NCBI GenBank assembly: GCA_038042445.1
Contig: JBBTED010000067.1
Location: 5,310 to 69,309 of the forward strand
Source: Candidatus Firestoneibacteriota bacterium
Lineage (GTDB): Bacteria > Oederibacteriota > D2-FULL-39-29 > JBBTED01
Direction: 5' to 3'
DNA length: 64,000 bases
Part shown: positions 58,324-64,000 of the stretch, piece after piece
Layout: each line of letters starts with the position of its first letter
Numbering within the stretch: the stretch's first letter is position 1
Notes under the pieces: generated by a model
Told to the model about the DNA's origin: nothing
Databases searched by the model: none
The model's input: the letters and a program-made list of their open reading frames with translations, nothing else
Program-made: the position numbers and the translations under genes

Positions 58324-59252
58324 AAACAATAGCGACTATAGGCAGTATTATTGCAGATTTGGCAGTAAAAACTCCGAGAGTGCCAGTTTCTGGTGAAAAT
58401 GTATTAGCTCATAGTTTTAAAATTGGGCCAGGTGGAAAAGGTGCAAATGCAAGTGTCGGAGTGGCACGGATGGGTGCATCTTCAATTTTAGTCGGATGTA
58501 TAGGAAATGACGATTTTGGAAAAATGGAATTATCTGCTCTTAAATCTGAAGGTGTTAATATTAAAGGAGTTAAAGTTGATTCAAATGCGTCAACTGGGGT
58601 AGCTATAATTATGGTGGATGACAATAGTGAAAATACTATTTTAGTAGTACTTGGTGCTAATGCTAATTTGTATCCTGAAGATGTCCAAAAGGCATTACAA
58701 CCTCACTGGAAAAAATTAGATGCTATACTGGTAAATTTTGAAATTCCAGAAGATGTTGTAGCAAAAGTTTGTGAAGAAGGATATAACCATAATGTTCCTG
58801 TGATAGTGGATGCAGGTCCACCGCGTAATTATAGTCCTAAGACCTGGAGAAAAGCTAAAATTATATCACCTAATAGATTAGAAATTGAAACATTAGTTGG
58901 ATATAAGATAAAAAATGATTCTATGTTATTAAAAGCTGCAAAGCAGATTTTAAGTTATGGTCCAGAAGTTGTAGTTATTAAACGTGGTAAGAATGGAATA
59001 CTTTTATGTAGTGCAAATGAGACTATAGTCATTCCAGCATATAAAGTTAAACCTGTAGATACAACAGGTGCTGGTGATGCTTTTACTTCAGCTTTTACTG
59101 TAGCTGTTGCTGAAGGTTGTTCATTGCAGGAAGCAGTGCGTTTTGGCAATGTTGCTGGTGCAATTGCAGTAACACGTTTTGGAACTTTACCTGCTATGCC
59201 AACACGTGCAGAAATAGAAAAATTTAAACAGAAAATCAAATGGAAAAAATAA
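58320..59252 (+). CDS. PfkB-family carbohydrate kinase, ribokinase-like
   Basis: GGKGANASV and DTTGAGDAF motifs. Confidence 0.8.
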   Translation: MKTIATIGSIIADLAVKTPRVPVSGENVLAHSFKIGPGGKGANASVGVARMGASSILVGCIGNDDFGKMELSALKSEGVNIKGVKVDSNASTGVAIIMVDDNSENTILVVLGANANLYPEDVQKALQPHWKKLDAILVNFEIPEDVVAKVCEEGYNHNVPVIVDAGPPRNYSPKTWRKAKIISPNRLEIETLVGYKIKNDSMLLKAAKQILSYGPEVVVIKRGKNGILLCSANETIVIPAYKVKPVDTTGAGDAFTSAFTVAVAEGCSLQEAVRFGNVAGAIAVTRFGTLPAMPTRAEIEKFKQKIKWKK

Positions 59253-59956
59253 AAATTTCACCATCACTTATGTGTGTAAATTATTTACATTTAGAAAGAA
59301 TTATTAAAGAATTGGAATCTGCAGGTGTAGATATGTTGCATTTTGATATTATGGATGGCCATTTTGTACCTAATTTTACAATGGGCCCTGATATTTTGAA
59401 ATCAGTACGTGAGATAACATCACTTCCATTTGATATACATCTGATGATATCAGAACCAGATAAATACATACAACAGTTTGTAGAAGTAAGCAATTTAGCA
59501 CAAGGAAATACAGAAAATATAATTTCTGTTCATATAGAAAGTTGTATTCATTTGCATAGAGTAATTCAGGTAATAAAAAATTGCGGAGCCAAAGCTTCAG
59601 TGGCATTAAATCCTACTACTTCTTTAAGTACTTTGGATTATATTTTAGAGGACATATCAATGGTTTTACTTATGATGGTTGAACCAGGTTTTGCCGGCCA
59701 GAAATTAATATCGGGTGTTATTACAAAAATTAAGGATCTAAAAAAAATAATTGATACAAAAAAAGTAAATATTGACATAGAAGTAGATGGAAATGTAAGT
59801 TATGAAAATATTCCAATAATGGTAGAAGCAGGCGCTAATGTATTAGTAGCAGGCACATCCAGTCTTTTTAAAAAAGATATTAAAATAAAAGATGGAATTA
59901 AAAGAATTCAAGAATTGGTAGCTTCATACATAAAGGACAATGAAGAAAATGTGTAA
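59240..59956 (+). CDS. Ribulose-phosphate 3-epimerase-family protein (RPE/AlsE-like)
   Basis: SLMCVNYLHLERIIKELESAGVDMLHFDIMDGHFVPNFTMGP. Confidence 0.8.
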   Translation: MEKIKISPSLMCVNYLHLERIIKELESAGVDMLHFDIMDGHFVPNFTMGPDILKSVREITSLPFDIHLMISEPDKYIQQFVEVSNLAQGNTENIISVHIESCIHLHRVIQVIKNCGAKASVALNPTTSLSTLDYILEDISMVLLMMVEPGFAGQKLISGVITKIKDLKKIIDTKKVNIDIEVDGNVSYENIPIMVEAGANVLVAGTSSLFKKDIKIKDGIKRIQELVASYIKDNEENV

Positions 59957-60030
59957 AAATATAGATAATAAGAAATTCAAATGTTTCCTGAATTTACCGA
60001 TTAGTGTAATAAAAATGAAGGAGGGAGTAT

Positions 60031-60702
60031 ATGGCAAAGCATAGCAGGGTAAAAGTCATTAATACAATATTAGAAATAGGACTAATCCCTGTTTTTAATA
60101 ATGATAATTTAGAAACGTCAAAAAAAATTGTTAGTGCTTGTGTTGATGGTGGAGCTAAAGTGGTTGAATTTACAAATAGGGGTGATTTTGGATGGAAAGT
60201 ATTTGGTGGATTAGTTGAATATTTTTCCAAAGAAAAACCAGAAGTTATTCTTGGAGTTGGTTCAATTGTTGATGCACCTACAGCTGCTCTTTATATTGCA
60301 AATGGCGCTAATTTTATAGTAGGACCTGTTTTAAATGAAGAAGTGGCGAGATTGTGCAATCGCAGAAAAATACTTTACAGTCCTGGTTGTGGAACTGCTA
60401 CAGAGATATCAAAAGCTGAGGAATGGGGTGTTGAAATATGTAAAGTATTTCCCGGAGATTCAGTTGGTGGACCTGAGTTTGTAAAAAGTATATTGGGTCC
60501 TTCTCCTTGGACAAGAATTATGCCAACAGGTGGTGTGGATGTGACAAAAGAAAATATTGAAAAATGGTTTAAAGCAGGTGTTTCCTGTGTTGGAATTGGT
60601 TCAAAATTGATTACAAAAGAAATTGTTAAAGAAGGAAAATTTAAAGAATTAACAAATAAAGTAATAGAAACTTTGAAATTGATAAAAGAAGCAAAAGTAT
60701 AA
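60031..60702 (+). CDS. eda: KDPG/KHG aldolase (Eda family)
   Basis: The Schiff-base Lys context CKVFPG and the TGGV motif. Confidence 0.8.
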   Translation: MAKHSRVKVINTILEIGLIPVFNNDNLETSKKIVSACVDGGAKVVEFTNRGDFGWKVFGGLVEYFSKEKPEVILGVGSIVDAPTAALYIANGANFIVGPVLNEEVARLCNRRKILYSPGCGTATEISKAEEWGVEICKVFPGDSVGGPEFVKSILGPSPWTRIMPTGGVDVTKENIEKWFKAGVSCVGIGSKLITKEIVKEGKFKELTNKVIETLKLIKEAKV

Positions 60703-60710
60703 AAAGATAA

Positions 60711-60765
60711 ATTCCCCCTTAATCCCATTTTAATAAAGGTGGATAAGAGGGTTTTTACTATAGAT
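60711..60765 (+). terminator. Imperfect CCCCTTAAT...ATAAGAGGG hairpin followed by TTTTT
   Basis: A degenerate member of the CCCC-TTTAATAAA-GGGG hairpin family with a T-run. Confidence 0.4.
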
Positions 60766-60850
60766 TTTCTAAAAATTATTTGATATATTTAAAACGTTCG
60801 CCTATGCGGGCGTTTTTTTATTAACAGAACATTTTAAAACCAATAAAAAA

Positions 60851-62065
60851 ATGGAACAGTGGAAGAAGAATTTATATGCATTATGGGGAATGCAGTTTGT
60901 TAGTGTGCTTGGTATGAGTATGATTTTGCCATTTATACCATTTTACATACGAACTTTAGGAATTACAAATTTAAATGATGTGTCTTTGTGGAGTGGTATA
61001 ACTATGGGTATAGGATTTATTTTTTCTGCGATTTTTTCACCTATATGGGGTGATTTTAGTGATAGATATGGCAGAAAAGTGATGATAATTCGTGCTGTTT
61101 TTGCAATAGCAATACTGAATTTATTGATGGCGTTTGCTCGCAATGTATATGATTTATTGATACTGAGGATATTGCAGGGATGTTTTGGTGGGTTTGTGGG
61201 TGCATCAGCAGCTTTAGTTTCAACATCTGTTCCACAACAAAAAATGGGTTATGCATTTGGTATACTTCAAACATCTATGATTGCAGGTAGTATTGGTGGC
61301 CCATTTATTGGTGGTGTCCTTGCAGATTTAGTTGGGTATCGCTTTGTATTTATTTTAACAGCAACTTTTATTTTTATAGGTGGATTGATTGTGACAATAA
61401 TGGTTAAAGAGGAAAAACATCTTTTAAGTAAAGAAAAAGGCGGAGGAATTATTGAAAATATAAAATCTGTTTTTGCATCTAAACAATTATTCGTAATAAT
61501 GTTAGTGCAATGTGTTATACAGATAGCTGTAATGGTTTTACAGCCAATACTACCTTTATTTATATCAAGTTTTCAAAAGGATGTTAAATATGTAGCAACT
61601 ATAACAGGTTTAGTATTTAGTTCAACTGCAATTACAACTTTATTTGCATCTTCTTTTTGGGGAAAAAAAGGAGATGTTTTAGGTCATAAAAAATCACTTT
61701 CTGTTTGTTTGCTTGGTTCTGCAATTTTAATGGCTCCACATTTTTTCATAAAAAATATCGGACAGCTTTTATTACTAAGAATGGGGCTTGGAGTTTTTGT
61801 TGCTGGAATTTCTCCATCAACTCAAACAATGATTACTGCATATATTCCAAGAAAAAAAAGAGGTGGAATGATGGGTATTGCTAATAGTTTTTCAATGATA
61901 GGTATGGCAATGGGCCCTTTATTAGGAGGTTTTCTTGGAGCTAAATTTGGATTAAGAATTCCATTTCTTGTTACGAGCGCATTATTATTTATTACATTCT
62001 GGCTTGTCTATAAACTTGTTAAAGAACCAGTTAATACTGAGTTTATAGCTACAGGAATTGAATGA
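60851..62065 (+). CDS. MFS transporter (12 TM)
   Basis: The GDFSDRYGRK motif between TM2 and TM3. Confidence 0.75.
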   Translation: MEQWKKNLYALWGMQFVSVLGMSMILPFIPFYIRTLGITNLNDVSLWSGITMGIGFIFSAIFSPIWGDFSDRYGRKVMIIRAVFAIAILNLLMAFARNVYDLLILRILQGCFGGFVGASAALVSTSVPQQKMGYAFGILQTSMIAGSIGGPFIGGVLADLVGYRFVFILTATFIFIGGLIVTIMVKEEKHLLSKEKGGGIIENIKSVFASKQLFVIMLVQCVIQIAVMVLQPILPLFISSFQKDVKYVATITGLVFSSTAITTLFASSFWGKKGDVLGHKKSLSVCLLGSAILMAPHFFIKNIGQLLLLRMGLGVFVAGISPSTQTMITAYIPRKKRGGMMGIANSFSMIGMAMGPLLGGFLGAKFGLRIPFLVTSALLFITFWLVYKLVKEPVNTEFIATGIE

Positions 62066-62100
62066 AAAAAGACAAAGCAATAAAAAAATTGGAGGTAAAA

Positions 62101-63693
62101 ATGTATAAAATTATTTTAATACTTGTGTGTTTTTATGTGATTGTTTGTTCACGAGAGGGATTTGCTCAGAAAAATGTTGATTCTGAAAAATGTTTTAGTT
62201 GTCATGCTGAAGTTAAGGAATTGTGGAGTTTAGGGAGACATAAACAACTTAATTGCACACAATGCCATAGTTTTTTAAATGAACATAATGAAGATTTTGA
62301 GAAAAAACCTGTTACAAATTTTGATCCTATGGTTTGTGGTAAATGCCACAAGAATCAATTTGAAACATTTTTTGAGGTTAATCTTAAAAAGCCAGCAAGA
62401 ATTGAAAAATCTTTGTTGACAGAGCGTTCTCCAAATCCATTTTGGGACAAATTGATGATGGGGCATGGTTTTACAAAAGAGCACAATGTTCCAAGAAGTC
62501 ATGCTTATATGCTTTTGGATCATTTGGTTGTAGATAGAGCTTATGGTGGCAGATTCCAGCCTAAAAACGGATGGGCATATACTATTACAAATACTCCTGT
62601 TAAAGTATGGGATGTTCTTGAAGATAAATATCCTGATACAAAAGAACACAAATCATTTATTCCTGAAAGTGCTGCTGCAGCAAATCCTGTATGTTTGCAA
62701 TGTAAAACTAATGATAGTATTTTGAAATGGAAATATATGGGAGAAAAAGATAAAAGTGCAAAATGGGATAGAACATCTAATCCTGTAGAATATGTAAAAG
62801 ATTTGCAAAATATTATAAGTTGTGTTCATTGTCATGACCCTCATGCTACAAAACCAAGAATTGTCCGAGATGGTTTAATTCATGCACTAACCCGTGATGA
62901 AAAAGATACATTATGGCATAATGATACTAAACAAACTCCAATTAAAGTTGTTGATTTCAGGGATTTCAGAAAAATAGCGATTCTTGATAAATATGATGCA
63001 AAACTTATGTGTGGACAATGTCATGTGGAGTATAACTGTAATCCAGGAGTAAATCCTGTTACAGGCGAAAAGGTTGGGTTCAATGACATAAGGACAAATC
63101 ATTTTCCGCTTAAAAATGTTTTTCAGATTTATGAGCATTATAACAAGCTTGAGTTTCGTGATTTCAAACATAGTTTGACTGGTGGGTTGCTTTTTAAGGC
63201 TCAGCATCCTGAGACTGAAGTATTCTGGAATTCAAAGCATGATAAAGCCGGGGTAAGCTGTAATAATTGCCATATGCCAAAAATAAAAGACAAAGATGGA
63301 AAAATTTTCACATCACATTGGCAGACAAGCCCAAAAAATTACATAAAAGAAACGTGTTTGAAATGTCATCCGCAATGGACGAATGAGCAGGCAGTGTATG
63401 CAATTGATTCAATTAAAAATCATATTAAAGGTAAGATGAGAAAGGCAGAATTTTGGCTGAGCAATTTAATTGATAAAATTGTAGAATCCAAAAAAACTGG
63501 AATAGATGAAAAAATTATTAAAGAAGCACAGGAACAACATCAAAAAGCCCATATTCTATGGGAATGGTGGACTGCAGAAAATTCAGATGGCTTCCACAAT
63601 CCAGACCAAGCAAGAGAGTCTTTAACTAAATCCGTAGAAGAATCCAAAAAAGGCATAGACCTATTAACAAAAGCTATATCAGAGAAAAAATAA
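62101..63693 (+). CDS. nrfA: NrfA-type cytochrome c nitrite reductase homolog with an N-terminal triheme extension: 7 CXXCH plus 1 CXXCK motif
   Basis: RBS GGAGGT. An N-terminal TM/signal helix. The motifs are CFSCH, CTQCH, CGKCH, CLQCK (aligning to E. coli CWSCK after the PRSHAY block), CVHCH, CGQCHVEY, CNNCHMP and CLKCH. KAQHPE and the Ca-site residues are conserved. Confidence 0.75.
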   Translation: MYKIILILVCFYVIVCSREGFAQKNVDSEKCFSCHAEVKELWSLGRHKQLNCTQCHSFLNEHNEDFEKKPVTNFDPMVCGKCHKNQFETFFEVNLKKPARIEKSLLTERSPNPFWDKLMMGHGFTKEHNVPRSHAYMLLDHLVVDRAYGGRFQPKNGWAYTITNTPVKVWDVLEDKYPDTKEHKSFIPESAAAANPVCLQCKTNDSILKWKYMGEKDKSAKWDRTSNPVEYVKDLQNIISCVHCHDPHATKPRIVRDGLIHALTRDEKDTLWHNDTKQTPIKVVDFRDFRKIAILDKYDAKLMCGQCHVEYNCNPGVNPVTGEKVGFNDIRTNHFPLKNVFQIYEHYNKLEFRDFKHSLTGGLLFKAQHPETEVFWNSKHDKAGVSCNNCHMPKIKDKDGKIFTSHWQTSPKNYIKETCLKCHPQWTNEQAVYAIDSIKNHIKGKMRKAEFWLSNLIDKIVESKKTGIDEKIIKEAQEQHQKAHILWEWWTAENSDGFHNPDQARESLTKSVEESKKGIDLLTKAISEKK

Positions 63694-63713
63694 TGAGGAG
63701 ATAAATTCTACTT

Positions 63714-64000
63714 GTGTTAAAACTTTTACTAAAGATATTTTCGACGCCAAAAAATATAATTTTTATAAATCCAGATTACTATAATCAAATAGAAATTATC
63801 ACTATTGGAGAAAAGATACAAGACAAGGTAAAACGATTATTTCGAGGATCTCTTGCTATCAGACAGGTAGATGCTGGTTCTGATAATGCATGTGAACAGG
63901 AGCTTGTTGCTCTATCTAATGCTTTTTATGATATTGAGCGTTTTGGTATTCATTTCGTTGCTTCTCCAAAACATGCGGATATGCTTATGGTGACTGGTCC
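63714..64000 (+). CDS. NuoB/HycG-like (NADH dehydrogenase 20 kDa / group-4 hydrogenase small subunit) protein, 3'-truncated, lacking two of the first three conserved FeS-cluster cysteines. The start is uncertain (GTG at 63714?).
   Basis: GSLAIRQVDAGSDNACEQELVALSNAFYDIERFGIHFVASPKHADMLMVTG aligns with HycG RVDCGGCNGCEIEI...DAERFGI..VPSPRHADILLFTG. The first and second Cys are replaced by A and D. Confidence 0.5.
   Translation, partial: MLKLLLKIFSTPKNIIFINPDYYNQIEIITIGEKIQDKVKRLFRGSLAIRQVDAGSDNACEQELVALSNAFYDIERFGIHFVASPKHADMLMVTG

Overview
This window is AT-rich (roughly one-third GC), gene-dense bacterial chromosome. Nearly all genes sit on the + strand except a block at 502-8683 on the - strand. 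Recognisable housekeeping genes are purN (5' partial), two LptF/LptG permeases, tsaD, pfk, nusB, rho, rpmE-prfA-prmC, murA, gmhB, pyk, copA-cutA-polX and one tRNA-Ser(GGA). Among these lie accessory regions. (i) A MazF-like toxin/antitoxin pair, two XRE regulators and a string of small ORFs (16.6-20.2 kb). (ii) A tight operon at 20.2-28.2 kb. It encodes a 907-aa beta-propeller/repeat surface protein with a FlgD-Ig/T9SS-CTD-like tail, and a 989-aa protein combining a PorV/FadL-like beta-barrel, IPT and CARDB domains and a C-terminal caspase (Peptidase C14, clan CD) domain. A DUF4384 lipoprotein and an LPP20-like lipoprotein follow. This is the most unusual system here, plausibly a surface-protein processing module. 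(iii) A tRNA-Ser with its 3' end duplicated 109 bp downstream, followed by small membrane proteins and a VapBC pair. (iv) A decayed multidomain Ser/Thr-kinase/AAA/His-kinase gene, with an in-frame TAG plus an internal deletion, beside a hybrid REC-histidine kinase. (v) A DeoR-regulated sugar-catabolic cluster that includes a cupin-type (archaeal-type) PGI, ROK kinase, ribokinase-like kinase, RPE-family epimerase, MBL hydrolase, 2-hydroxyacid dehydrogenase and KDPG aldolase. (vi) An NrfA-type cytochrome c nitrite reductase carrying three extra N-terminal CXXCH motifs (eight heme motifs in total). Directly downstream is a NuoB/HycG-like small subunit that has lost two of the first three conserved cluster cysteines. 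The intergenic space, and occasionally coding sequence, holds several families of short palindromic MITE/REP-like repeats. All calls come from reading the translations and the DNA by eye; no database searches were run.
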